64,000 nt of DNA from Methanocella sp. (GCA_050261115.1 JBLNCY010000031.1:33503-97502); one strand, 5' to 3'; shown: positions 47,970 through 57,915, counted from the stretch's first letter. The notes: generated by a model not told the origin, from the letters alone. Numbers and translations: made by a program.

Positions 47970-49193
47970 TTAGTGCACTCCTGTTGAGCCAACTATCCCT
48001 CTGATACGGTTGACCGCTTCTGGTAAAACTTTCAGGACGTAGTTTATATCGTCTTCTGTATGGCTGCGGTTAACCTTCATTAGTATGCTGCCGTGGGCTT
48101 CTTCAAATATTCGGCCGATAGCGATTAAGACGTGGCTGGGCTGTAATAATCTACGACTGCAAGCTGATCCGCTAGAAACGTAGACGCCTTTGAGGCTGAG
48201 TTCGATGGTTAGGGCTTCGCCTTCAGCTCGTAGGATGCTTATGTTGGCGTTGTCGGGGCTGCGCTTGTCGCCTTTGGGGCCGTTAAAGCGGAGATCAGTT
48301 AACTCGTTGAATATGCCATCGACCAACTGGTCACGGAGACCGCGTAGTTTAGCTACGTTTGCATCAAAGTCGGTAAAGGCTAGTTCTGAGGCTTTGGTGA
48401 ATCCGACGATAAGTGGGGTGTTTTCGACGCCGGGCCAAAGCTTTTGGGTGCCAATCGGTCCTTCTAGGATGCGGTCTAAATTGACGCCTTCCTTGACGTA
48501 TAGGGCGCCTACCCCTCGTGGACCCTGGATCTTGTAGCTGCTGACTGTGGCTAAGTCTACGCCGAGGCTCTGGACATTTAGAGGGATTCTGCCGTATGCA
48601 TCGGAGGCGTCGGTGTGGAAGAGAGCGTTTGGGTTTTTGGCTTTGACGATGTCGACGGCTTGCTTGATTGGCTGGATGGTGCCCACTTCGTTGTTTACGC
48701 TATGGAGGCTTACTAGGGCGGTATCGTTGTCGACTGCGGTTTTGAGTTTCTCAAGGTTGATTTCACCCTCAGTGTTTACGGGGATTTTTTGTACGTTGAA
48801 CCCGAATTTGCTCATCATTTCGGCGACTTGCAAGACATTTATGGGTTCGATTTCTGAAATGACGATTTTTTTTGCTTTGCCTTTCTGTGAGAAGCAGCCG
48901 CCTATGATGGCGAGGTTGTTGGCTTCGGTTTCGCCGGGGGTGAAGGTGAGTTCCTCGGGGTTTTTTGCTCCGAGGTAGCTGCCGACTTTTTGGAAGCAGC
49001 CCATGAGTGTTTCGAAGGCTTCCCAGCCGGGTTTGTGGGTTAGGGTGGGGTTTCCGTAGGCTTTTTGATTCCAGTAGGGCATCATAGCGTCTAAGATTTC
49101 TTGGGGGACTCTGCAGCTGTTTTCGTTATCCAAGTAGACTTCGTGGGTGATTCCCTCGTGGAGTTGGAGAAGGTTCCTTATGTTTTCAACCAT
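47970..49193 (-). CDS. iscS: class I cysteine desulfurase-like (IscS/NifS) with atypical active site
   Basis: YGNP, TEANN, NNEVGTIQP, K..GPRG, VSSGSACS; several PLP/substrate residues substituted. Confidence 0.8.
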   Translation of the reverse strand: MVENIRNLLQLHEGITHEVYLDNENSCRVPQEILDAMMPYWNQKAYGNPTLTHKPGWEAFETLMGCFQKVGSYLGAKNPEELTFTPGETEANNLAIIGGCFSQKGKAKKIVISEIEPINVLQVAEMMSKFGFNVQKIPVNTEGEINLEKLKTAVDNDTALVSLHSVNNEVGTIQPIKQAVDIVKAKNPNALFHTDASDAYGRIPLNVQSLGVDLATVSSYKIQGPRGVGALYVKEGVNLDRILEGPIGTQKLWPGVENTPLIVGFTKASELAFTDFDANVAKLRGLRDQLVDGIFNELTDLRFNGPKGDKRSPDNANISILRAEGEALTIELSLKGVYVSSGSACSRRLLQPSHVLIAIGRIFEEAHGSILMKVNRSHTEDDINYVLKVLPEAVNRIRGIVGSTGVH

Positions 49194-49278
49194 ACAGTAT
49201 CCTGCCTGTTTTGAGAGATTAGATAACTCGTCACTGTGGATTATGACTGTTCAGGTAATAAAATGTAGCTGTATAAAA

Positions 49279-49291
49279 ATAACGGTGTTAT
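49279..49291. promoter_or_regulatory. palindromic operator upstream of iscS-iscU-sufS
   Basis: ATAACGGTGTTAT abutting a TTTTATAC TATA-like box on the minus strand. Confidence 0.7.
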
Positions 49292-49357
49292 CCATTGTTT
49301 GCTTGATAATTTTAAGGAGCAAGAGAGGAGGGGCAAGTTTGTTGTAAATTAAGGCCG

Positions 49358-49912
49358 CTATGGGGTGTATGTTCCGTTTTGTGTAGGCGCTCGATTTAGC
49401 ATATCAACACGATCAAGATACAATGGCGTAAGGGTGCAGTTTGTGAGGGCTGATCCAGTGTAGGGCAAGGAGACACCAAAGCCAACCGCCATATGCGCAG
49501 TTATCCCCGTAAAGGACTGCTTAGTGTCTATGGCTATCCCTTCATTGTTCATGGCAACTATATGGAGCATTCCATCGTATGCGGTCCCGTCGCCGGTGTT
49601 GTTAAGAAAACCTCTTATGTTCAGGCTGCTTGTGGTGTTGGTTCGGTAATCCTGCGCCGTCAAGTTTACGGTGACTACGTATGGTTTGTAGTCGCCATGG
49701 TAGCGTTGCTGGTCATTGTGAATAACGGGGATATAGTTTACTCTAACTGTAGCGCCAGGCCCAGGCAATGGCTGGTAAGGCCTTTGGTTGCTAAACTGCT
49801 CGGTAATTTGACTCTGGAGCGAGCTAAGCATGAATAGCCCGACAAAGATTCCTCCGCCGAAAAGTATGGCGAAGTACAAGGCGACTAAGGCCACTATCCA
49901 CCTTTCACGCAT
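49358..49912 (-). CDS. hypothetical membrane-anchored exported protein
   Basis: N-terminal TM followed by a beta-rich domain (LNNTGDGTA). Confidence 0.7.
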   Translation of the reverse strand: MRERWIVALVALYFAILFGGGIFVGLFMLSSLQSQITEQFSNQRPYQPLPGPGATVRVNYIPVIHNDQQRYHGDYKPYVVTVNLTAQDYRTNTTSSLNIRGFLNNTGDGTAYDGMLHIVAMNNEGIAIDTKQSFTGITAHMAVGFGVSLPYTGSALTNCTLTPLYLDRVDMLNRAPTQNGTYTP

Positions 49913-50054
49913 AATTCTGACCTTAAAGGTATTAGTTATTGTGTTTCCATAAAAGATTTGCCTAAATCAGGGAAATTGCCGCAAGAACCTAAAAAACCCT
50001 AATAACCAACAGCGGCATACATACCGACAACCACACTTATTCGGCGAACTCCGA

Positions 50055-52340
50055 TTGAAGATTGCAGATTTACCCATTGCAGACAGCGTTAAAGAAGTCC
50101 TAGCCGGCATCGGTATCGTAGAGTTGTTTCCGCCTCAGCAGGCATGTATAGAAAACGGGGTGCTCGATGGCCAAAACGTTCTGCTGGCAAGCCCGACGGC
50201 TTCGGGTAAGACCTTGATTGCGGAATTATGCGCCATGAAGCATGTGCTTGAGGGCGGCGGCAAAGTCATCTACCTCTCACCTCTACGCGCTCTTGCCAGT
50301 GAAAAATTTGAGGAGTTCAAGAAGTACCAAGGCATCGCTAAACCCGACGGACGGAAGGTGGCTGTCGGAATCAGCACCGGCGACTTCGACACAGCCGACA
50401 ATTGGCTCCAACGCTATGACGTAATCGTCACCACTAACGAGAAAGCGGATTCTCTTCTTCGGCACCGTGCTAAATGGATGGAGAGCATATCCGCAGTTAT
50501 CGCTGATGAGGTGCATTTGCTAAACGAAGCCGACCGAGGCCCGACTCTGGAAATTGTGTTGGCACGGTTGATACAATGTAACCCTAACATCCAAATCCTC
50601 GCCTTATCCGCCACCATCAACAATGTGGATGAACTCGCGGGTTGGTTAAACGCTAAACCCATCGTCACCACCTGGCGCCCCATCAACCTAAAAGAAGGCG
50701 TCATATTACAAGACGAAATCAGCTACCGAGACGGCGACTCCCGCAAAATAGAGCAAGAAACCCGCTTCACAGTAATCAACCTAGTTCTAAACACCCTACG
50801 TAACGGTGGACAAGCACTGATTTTTGCATCTACACGCAAGAACGCTGTGGCCGCGGCAAAGCAGGTTGCCAACCACATGGATAAGGTACTTGTGCCCAAG
50901 TCGGGTTCAAAGATTGTCAGAAAGGGTCTTGAGGAGCAGACCAAAGGTGTTTTAGAGAAGGAGGCGCGTAAGATTTTGGAGGCTGGCGAGCATACCCAGC
51001 TCAGCGATGAATTGGCTGATTTAGTGCGCTGTGGAGTTGCTTATCATCACGCGGGGCTTTCGGGTCCTCACCGAGCAATCATAGAGCAAGCCTTCAAGGA
51101 CCGCCGAATTAAAGTGTTAACGGCGACGCCGACGCTGGCTTGGGGAGTCAACCTTCCGGCGCGCACCGTCATCATTCAAGATTACCGTCGCTTTGAAGCA
51201 GGCCTAGGAAACTACCCCATTCCCGTCTTGGACTATAAGCAGATGGCAGGCAGGGCAGGCCGCCCCAAATACGACAAATTCGGCGAATCCGTCATTATAG
51301 CCAAAACCGCCGATGAAGCCGACTACCTCATGGAAAACTATGTCCTCGCAAAGCCCGAACGGATATGGTCACGTCTTGCGGTTGAAAAGATCATCCGTAC
51401 TCATGTGCTTGCCACCATCGCATCCGACTATGCGCACACCGAAGAGGGTATATACGCATTTTTCCGGAAGACTTTTTACGCTTACCAGTATGACGTGAAA
51501 GCCATACAGAGCGTCATCGCCAAGATATTGCGTTTCCTGCATGATGAAGAAATGATATGTGTCGTTGGCGACCAGATTTTGGCCACTAAGTTTGGTAAAC
51601 GCATAAGCGAACTCTACATTGACCCCCTGTCGGGAGTTATTATCCGTGATGCTCTGCAGACCAAACCGCCAGTTCTCACAGAATTCAGTCTGCTCCAACT
51701 CATAGCACATACACCCGACATGGGTCCCATCATGCGCCCATACCAACGCGAAGTCGACAAACTATCTATCACATTGGAGGATCATCGGCAGGAATTCTTT
51801 TCCGAAATCCCTGACCCAGCAGGCGACTATATCGGATACGCCGAGTTTCTTGGTGAAGTCAAAACCGCATTAGTGCTCAACAACTGGATTGAGGAAGTAC
51901 CAGAAGACAAGATTCTTGAGCGGTTCAATGTGCAGCCCGGCGACTTGTACCGCACAATAGAGAACGCGAAATGGCTGCTCCATGGAATAGAGGAGCTCTC
52001 TCCAGTGGTCGCAAAGAACAAAGAAGTTACGGCGCTGAGTGCTGAGCTTGTGGAGCGGGTCTCTAAAGGCATCAAACGGGAACTTTTACCCATCGTGGCC
52101 CTAGAAGGCGTCGGCAGAATCCGCGGACGCAAAATCTTCGATGCAGGATACCAAACCATAGAAGACCTAAAACACGCCTCCATCGACGAATTAACCACCC
52201 TCGTGGGCCCCGCCTTAGCTAAAAAAATCAAGGAGCAAGTCGGCGGCTACGTAAAGAAGGAGGAGTGGGAGAACCTCAGGGAAGCCGCAAAAGCGCCGCC
52301 TGAACAGCAGCCCCAGCAAAAAGGGCTATTTGACTTCTAA
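50055..52340 (+). CDS. hel308: Hel308/Hjm SF2 DNA helicase
   Basis: PTASGKT, DEVH, LSAT, YHHAGL, GVNLPA, QMAGRAGRP, GVGRIRGR. Confidence 0.94.
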   Translation: MKIADLPIADSVKEVLAGIGIVELFPPQQACIENGVLDGQNVLLASPTASGKTLIAELCAMKHVLEGGGKVIYLSPLRALASEKFEEFKKYQGIAKPDGRKVAVGISTGDFDTADNWLQRYDVIVTTNEKADSLLRHRAKWMESISAVIADEVHLLNEADRGPTLEIVLARLIQCNPNIQILALSATINNVDELAGWLNAKPIVTTWRPINLKEGVILQDEISYRDGDSRKIEQETRFTVINLVLNTLRNGGQALIFASTRKNAVAAAKQVANHMDKVLVPKSGSKIVRKGLEEQTKGVLEKEARKILEAGEHTQLSDELADLVRCGVAYHHAGLSGPHRAIIEQAFKDRRIKVLTATPTLAWGVNLPARTVIIQDYRRFEAGLGNYPIPVLDYKQMAGRAGRPKYDKFGESVIIAKTADEADYLMENYVLAKPERIWSRLAVEKIIRTHVLATIASDYAHTEEGIYAFFRKTFYAYQYDVKAIQSVIAKILRFLHDEEMICVVGDQILATKFGKRISELYIDPLSGVIIRDALQTKPPVLTEFSLLQLIAHTPDMGPIMRPYQREVDKLSITLEDHRQEFFSEIPDPAGDYIGYAEFLGEVKTALVLNNWIEEVPEDKILERFNVQPGDLYRTIENAKWLLHGIEELSPVVAKNKEVTALSAELVERVSKGIKRELLPIVALEGVGRIRGRKIFDAGYQTIEDLKHASIDELTTLVGPALAKKIKEQVGGYVKKEEWENLREAAKAPPEQQPQQKGLFDF

Positions 52341-53674
52341 TCGCCCGATGCGAAGCTTTCAGCCTGTTTAGCGGCGGTTCCCGTGTAGTTTTTGGGGTTT
52401 AGTGCGTAGTCGATTTCCGCTTCGGTTAATTTGCTGCTGACGGTTGGATCTTCAAGGAGAGTTTGTTTGAAGGGTTTTTTCTCTACTGCACTTTTGATGG
52501 TGAGTTGCCGTAGTAGTTCGTGGGCTTCCTGTCGGGGCACGCCTTTCTTGACTAGGGTTATCATAACTGACTCCGACATGGAGCGACCCTCAGTGACGGA
52601 AAGATTAGCCAACATACGTTGACTATCGACACGGAGATTAGCAACAATGTTAATTGTTAGGTTTAAAATGTAGTCGAGTAGGATGCTTGATTCGGGTAGC
52701 ACAAAGCGCTCAGTAGATGATTGTGTGAGGTCTCGTTCATGCCAAGTCACCATATCCTCCAAAGCGGGCAATACGAGACTGCGAACGATTCGAGCTAACC
52801 CGGCAACGCGCTCACAAGTCTCAGGGTTCTGCTTGTGCGGCATCGTGCTGCTACCAACCTGCTTTTTAGCCTCAAAAGACTCGAAGACCTCAGCGATTTC
52901 AGGACGCTGCAATTCACGGATTTCGGTAGTAAAGTTCTCAAGCGAAGTAGCAATCATCCCGTAAATGGCGATTAACTCGGCATAGCGGTCGCGTTGCACG
53001 ATTTGGGTTGAGATTTCGGCTGCATGAATGCCAAGCCGCTTCATGACCAGCACCTGGATTTCCTCGGCGTGTTCGCCAAGACCCGCTTGGGTGCCTACTG
53101 CGCCGCTGATTTTGCCGGCGACCACCCGTTTTTTACATTCTTCAAGGCGTTGGAGGTGGCGGTTGATTTCATAGCCCCAGACCGAGAACTTGAAGCCCAG
53201 CGTGATCGGGAGGGCGTGTTGGCCGTGTGTTCTGCCAATCATAACCGTGTCCTTGTATTGGCCTGCCTGCTTTTGGAGTACGGCTTTGAATTCCCTTAGA
53301 CGGTTCTCGAGGACTTCAATGGCGTCTTTTAGTTGGAGTGCGTTGGCGGTGTCTACGATGTCATAGCTTGTGACGCCGTAGTGGACATAGGCGCCGGATT
53401 TGCCGCATTGCTCAGAGAGCGCTCGGACCATGGACATTATGTCGTGTTTGATTTCTTTCTCTATGGCTTTAATCCGTTCGACTTTGACGTATTTGGTGGA
53501 GGCCATCTCGGCGATTTTCTCTGCGTCCTCTCTGGGGATGTTGCCGACTTCGGCGTGTGCCATAGCCAGCGCTGCCTCAACGTCTAAGAGTTTCTGAACG
53601 CGAGTTTCTTCGTCAAAGATTTTTAGCATCTCGGGTGTGCCATATCGGCCTGTGTCTATGGGTAAGATTGGCAA
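52337..53674 (-). CDS. purB: adenylosuccinate lyase
   Basis: KHD, HYGVTSYD, GRTHGQHA, GSSTMPHKQNP, HERDL. Confidence 0.95.
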   Translation of the reverse strand: MPILPIDTGRYGTPEMLKIFDEETRVQKLLDVEAALAMAHAEVGNIPREDAEKIAEMASTKYVKVERIKAIEKEIKHDIMSMVRALSEQCGKSGAYVHYGVTSYDIVDTANALQLKDAIEVLENRLREFKAVLQKQAGQYKDTVMIGRTHGQHALPITLGFKFSVWGYEINRHLQRLEECKKRVVAGKISGAVGTQAGLGEHAEEIQVLVMKRLGIHAAEISTQIVQRDRYAELIAIYGMIATSLENFTTEIRELQRPEIAEVFESFEAKKQVGSSTMPHKQNPETCERVAGLARIVRSLVLPALEDMVTWHERDLTQSSTERFVLPESSILLDYILNLTINIVANLRVDSQRMLANLSVTEGRSMSESVMITLVKKGVPRQEAHELLRQLTIKSAVEKKPFKQTLLEDPTVSSKLTEAEIDYALNPKNYTGTAAKQAESFASGD

Positions 53675-53812
53675 GCGGATTCCTCAAGGGTAGGTAATTA
53701 GCGTTTAAGATTAATGTTTTGTAAACAAGTTACGGGATTCTTGCCGCCGCCATGCAGTTTGCTACGGCTAAAGATTGGGGCTGGTTGGTGTACAAAAAAT
53801 GGTGGTGTGGGA

Positions 53813-54160
53813 TTAGAGTATCCCTAAAAGACCCAGCACACCGACGACTATGGCGATGACTCCGATGATGGTTTGGAATCCGCCAAGCCATTGAGCGAGT
53901 TTTTTGAGGTGTTTGCCTAATGCGGGGATGCTTGAGAGGATACCCATTGCCAGTATTAGGCCGCCTATGATGGCGACGGTGCCTTGGATTAAGCTAAAGA
54001 AGAGTATGCCAACGATGATGGCGATAATGCCGATTATGGTTTGGAATCTGCCTAGCCATTTTGCGGCTTTCTCTAAGCTTCTTCCAACAGCAGGCAATGC
54101 GGGTAGAATACCGATTGCCAGAATAAGTCCTGCGACTATGTTTGTTAATTCAACTATCAT
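53813..54160 (-). CDS. small membrane protein made of two tandem ~50-aa repeats
   Basis: GLILA.GIL...PA.G..L.K.A.WLG.FQTIIG.IAI.VG occurs twice. Confidence 0.8.
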   Translation of the reverse strand: MIVELTNIVAGLILAIGILPALPAVGRSLEKAAKWLGRFQTIIGIIAIIVGILFFSLIQGTVAIIGGLILAMGILSSIPALGKHLKKLAQWLGGFQTIIGVIAIVVGVLGLLGIL

Positions 54161-54350
54161 TTAAATCACGGTTTATTCAGTATTCGAATATGCCGCTTAT
54201 AACCTTACCTATAGCACGATTGCTATGCTTGCAAGCTGGCTCACCTCCTTTCATTCACTGCAGAAAATGCTGAGCATAAGAAAGCGGCTTCAGAACGTTA
54301 ATGTTCCACCCCAACCTCTAATTCAGTACGCAAACCTGAGGGCTAAGAAA

Positions 54351-55802
54351 ATGAAAGTCACAATAGCGCTATTGGACAAAAACGGAAACAACGCAGTAAC
54401 AAGAATGCTTGACGTACTCCACTCTTTCGATGTCGGACAAACATCACATTTCGCCGTCCTGACGCCCAAAAAGAGCTTCTTTGAAAAACCCCTCGGCATA
54501 ATAAACAGACAAGGACTAGAAACCACCACCTTGCTGGGTTGCATAAGCTCCCGAGCAATCAGCTCAAGCGGATATGACGCACTCCAGCTATCAGACGCCG
54601 CCGTCATGTTCGATGGCAGAGTATATGCACCCATCCAAAAAGAAGCCCTAACCAAGCAAATATCTCAAGAGCCCCAGCGCTGTGAAACCGCCCTACAAGC
54701 CCTCATAGAGCAGGCAGACGGTGACTATGCGTTTTGGATGCTTAGGGAAGGCTACATAGCCGCAGGGCGTGACCCCATAGGTGTACAACCACTCTACTTC
54801 GGCGAAACCCGAGACATCGCCGCCTACGCAACAAACCGCAAGGCGCTATGGCGATTAGGCATAGATGACCCCAAGAGTTTTCCGCCGGGAACCTTGGGCT
54901 TTGCGGATAGAGAGGGCTTCAAATTCAAACCTGTCAAAACCCTCACCTACACCTCGCCCAGGCAGGTAACACTTGAAGAGGCAGCACAAATCCTCCAAAC
55001 ACTACTTGTCGAATCCATCAAGCGCCGTGTTCACAGTCAAGAGAGGGTGGCGGTGGCGTTTTCAGGCGGGTTAGATAGCAGCATAGTCGCCTACTTAGCC
55101 AGCAAGCAGGGCGTCAAAGTAGAGTTACTGCATGTAAGCATGGAAAACGAAGCGGAAACCGAGACTGCAGTTGACGCGGCAGAGGCGCTGGATTTGCCAT
55201 TACGAATTGACCTCTACAAAGACAGCGACCTCGAAACTGCGTTGCCCTATGTGGTGGAGTTGATTGAGGAAGTTGACCCCGTGAAGGCAGCTATTGGGGT
55301 CCCCTTTTACTGGACTGCAAAGCAGACCTCAGAAGCCAAATACAGAGTGTTGCTGGCGGGGCAGGGGGCAGATGAACTGTTTGGAGGCTACCAACGCTAC
55401 GTCAACGAATGTCTAAAAAGTGGACCCGAAAAAGTGCGTCGAACAATGTTTGATGATGTGGTGAAAATACATGAGAGCAACCTCGAGCGGGACCTCAAAA
55501 TCACTGGTTGGTTTGATGTGGAGTTACGGTGTCCCTTTGCATCTTATGAGATAGCCGAGTTTGCCATGGGTTTGCCGCTGGAATGCAGAATCGAAGCCAA
55601 AGCCGACACACTGCGAAAGTTGGTGCTGAGGAAAGTCGCCCAAAATCTCGGCATGCCAACATCGATCGTGGATAAGCCAAAGAAGGCAGTGCAGTACTCG
55701 ACAGGAATCAACGATGCCCTAAAACGCATTGCTAGGCGTGATGGGAAGACGGTTAATGAGTATGTCTCGGGGTTGTTTGAGTCTTTTAGAGGGCGAATGT
55801 AG
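54351..55802 (+). CDS. asparagine synthetase-like protein
   Basis: RDPIGVQPLY, AFSGGLDSS, GQGADELFGGY, ELRCPF, KKAVQYSTG. Start ATG 54351; no N-terminal catalytic Cys. Confidence 0.82.
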   Translation: MKVTIALLDKNGNNAVTRMLDVLHSFDVGQTSHFAVLTPKKSFFEKPLGIINRQGLETTTLLGCISSRAISSSGYDALQLSDAAVMFDGRVYAPIQKEALTKQISQEPQRCETALQALIEQADGDYAFWMLREGYIAAGRDPIGVQPLYFGETRDIAAYATNRKALWRLGIDDPKSFPPGTLGFADREGFKFKPVKTLTYTSPRQVTLEEAAQILQTLLVESIKRRVHSQERVAVAFSGGLDSSIVAYLASKQGVKVELLHVSMENEAETETAVDAAEALDLPLRIDLYKDSDLETALPYVVELIEEVDPVKAAIGVPFYWTAKQTSEAKYRVLLAGQGADELFGGYQRYVNECLKSGPEKVRRTMFDDVVKIHESNLERDLKITGWFDVELRCPFASYEIAEFAMGLPLECRIEAKADTLRKLVLRKVAQNLGMPTSIVDKPKKAVQYSTGINDALKRIARRDGKTVNEYVSGLFESFRGRM

Positions 55803-55874
55803 GCCTTTAACCTAACCGGCCGCCATAGAAACAAATATCATCAAAAAAGTGAGTGTGTTAATAAAAAAGGAAGC

Positions 55875-55894
55875 TCTCTCAGCACGGTGAGAGA
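55875..55894 (-). terminator. hairpin + T-tract downstream of the ferredoxin gene
   Basis: TCTCTCA-gcacgg-TGAGAGA followed on the minus strand by CCTTTTTT. Confidence 0.45.
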
Positions 55895-55904
55895 CGAGTT
55901 TGGT

Positions 55905-56084
55905 TTACTCGATTACCTGAATTGCACCTTCAGGACATTGTGCCTCGCAGGCCCTACAAACCAAGCATTCACTTTCTTTTGTAGGACTTGCCTTGCCGTT
56001 TACAATCTCGTAAACGCTGACTGGGCAAGTGTTGACACAAGTTTCGCATCCAGTGCATTTAGGGTCGACAACAATTTTTACCAT
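55905..56084 (-). CDS. 2x[4Fe-4S] ferredoxin (59 aa, missing from the ORF track)
   Basis: MVKIVVDPKCTGCETCVNTCP...CLVCRACEAQCPEGAIQVIE*; GAGGT SD. Confidence 0.93.
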   Translation of the reverse strand: MVKIVVDPKCTGCETCVNTCPVSVYEIVNGKASPTKESECLVCRACEAQCPEGAIQVIE

Positions 56085-56151
56085 TTTTGTCTTACCTCAC
56101 TGTAATTATTTCTTGGAAAGCTGTTATGTAAAATAAAAGGGTTTAGGTAGA

Positions 56152-57915
56152 CTACCGTATTTTTTCACGTAATTTCAAAAGGATTCCATTTATGGCTAAT
56201 TCAGCCTGACGGCGGGTTTTTTGAGGGTCAACAACAGCTTTCTTGTAGGTTTCAAGCGAGATTTCACCCTTACTTAGCCGTAACTCAAACGCGTTTAGGG
56301 TTTCCTGCGCGTAGGCAAGATCAGCTTCCGCCAGATCCAGCTGCTTAATTAAATCCGCATACACTCCAGATGCGCCACGGAATAATGCTTTGTTGCGCTC
56401 AATGATTCGAGTTACGCTGTCAATGCGGTTTTCAAGCGCCGCCCGCTGCGCCTTATACTGCCGCCGAGAAATCTTGTCTCGTAAGCCCTTCATATCCAGC
56501 GCATGGAGTTGGGCGGTTAGTTGCTTTTTATCCTCGTATGCATCCGTGAATTCCCTAAGCATATCAGGCGTAACTTGTGCGCCTTTGATGGTTTCATACA
56601 CCGGCGCCTCAACTTTCGATGCTTTGAGGTCGGCTGGTTTGGGCCGGGTAAGGTAGGTTTGTTTGGGTCTTTGCCGCCGATAAACAACCGCACCAACACT
56701 GACAAGCACACCTGCCAACGAAGCGTAGAAGGTTGCGCCAAAGGAAACCCAGACGGGATTATAATTGTAGGAAAGCCAAGTGTTCTCTTGAGGCGCTAGG
56801 GCATCAACGTAGCTGATGTCGCTTGCCCTAACGGTTAGGATGTCTTGGTAAATGTTGCGTATGAGGGTTGCAGAGGAATCCATCTCAGATGCAGCCGGTG
56901 AGGTGATGGTTGCGCCTTCAGGTAGGATGAAGGTTATGGTTGCATATTGCACTACATAGGGGTATTTAGTGAAGAGCTGGAAGTCCGGAAGCATATACTG
57001 CGAACCCCGCAACACTGCGCCGGGTAAATTGTACTGCACAGTCAAGGCTGTGGCCTCTTTAGGGGCTAGGGGAGCGCTAAAGGTTGCGTTAACCAACTGT
57101 ATATCGCTACTTGGCACCACGCTTGATTGTAAGGTGACATCTGCCGAATCCTTAACTGTGATGTCGGTGGCATCAAGGGGTAAGCTTAGTACAAACGAGT
57201 TGAGGTCTGAGGATGCATTGCTGGCTAATTGGTAGGTGTCAGCGGCTCTCACAGCGCCTGTGGCATCCACAGTTATAGACCGATACAACGCAGGTACCGT
57301 GACTGTCTCTAGGGTTCCTGAGGGAACTTGGATGTTTGCTGAGGCGATGGAGTAAGTGTAGGGGGATAGGTCGTTTTTGCGGTAGCTTGTGGTTGTGGTG
57401 TTGGTGTCTTCTTTTTGGATGCTTATGCTTATGGGTGCGGTGGGGCAGACGACATTGACGTTGACGACTTTTGCTGTCTGTGTTAGGCTTGGGTAGGCTG
57501 GGAATTCGATTAAAAAGTTGCCGTTGCCTTGGTCGGTGGTTAATCTGTTTGAGAGCACAAAGGCTACGGTGAACTCGCTTGGTGTGGCACCGTTGAAGTC
57601 TACTGAGACGCCGTAGAATCCGCTTTGGTTAGGTAGGGGGACGCCGACTTTTACGTTGTAGACGTGGGTGCTGTCGTAGGCTAAGACTTTGAGGACGTCT
57701 GCGCTGTAGATGTATGGCAGCGCTATCAGAAAGCCATCTTGAACTATGCCTGAGACGTGAACGGTGTCAAGGACCACCATGTTCCCCGAATATAGGATGG
57801 CTATGGTGTGGTCGACTTGGTTGATGCTATAGCTTGTTTGGGCAGTAACCACGCTAGGATACAATGCAAGGGTTATGAAAGCTACAAGTAAAAGCGATGC
57901 GAGGATTCGCTTCAT
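56152..57915 (-). CDS. ribophorin-I-like type I membrane protein
   Basis: Signal peptide, two similar beta-rich domains (HTI.I...G..V.DT; RSITV...G.V...DTY; LPEGA), TM, then a helical cytosolic tail. Confidence 0.6.
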   Translation of the reverse strand: MKRILASLLLVAFITLALYPSVVTAQTSYSINQVDHTIAILYSGNMVVLDTVHVSGIVQDGFLIALPYIYSADVLKVLAYDSTHVYNVKVGVPLPNQSGFYGVSVDFNGATPSEFTVAFVLSNRLTTDQGNGNFLIEFPAYPSLTQTAKVVNVNVVCPTAPISISIQKEDTNTTTTSYRKNDLSPYTYSIASANIQVPSGTLETVTVPALYRSITVDATGAVRAADTYQLASNASSDLNSFVLSLPLDATDITVKDSADVTLQSSVVPSSDIQLVNATFSAPLAPKEATALTVQYNLPGAVLRGSQYMLPDFQLFTKYPYVVQYATITFILPEGATITSPAASEMDSSATLIRNIYQDILTVRASDISYVDALAPQENTWLSYNYNPVWVSFGATFYASLAGVLVSVGAVVYRRQRPKQTYLTRPKPADLKASKVEAPVYETIKGAQVTPDMLREFTDAYEDKKQLTAQLHALDMKGLRDKISRRQYKAQRAALENRIDSVTRIIERNKALFRGASGVYADLIKQLDLAEADLAYAQETLNAFELRLSKGEISLETYKKAVVDPQKTRRQAELAINGILLKLREKIR

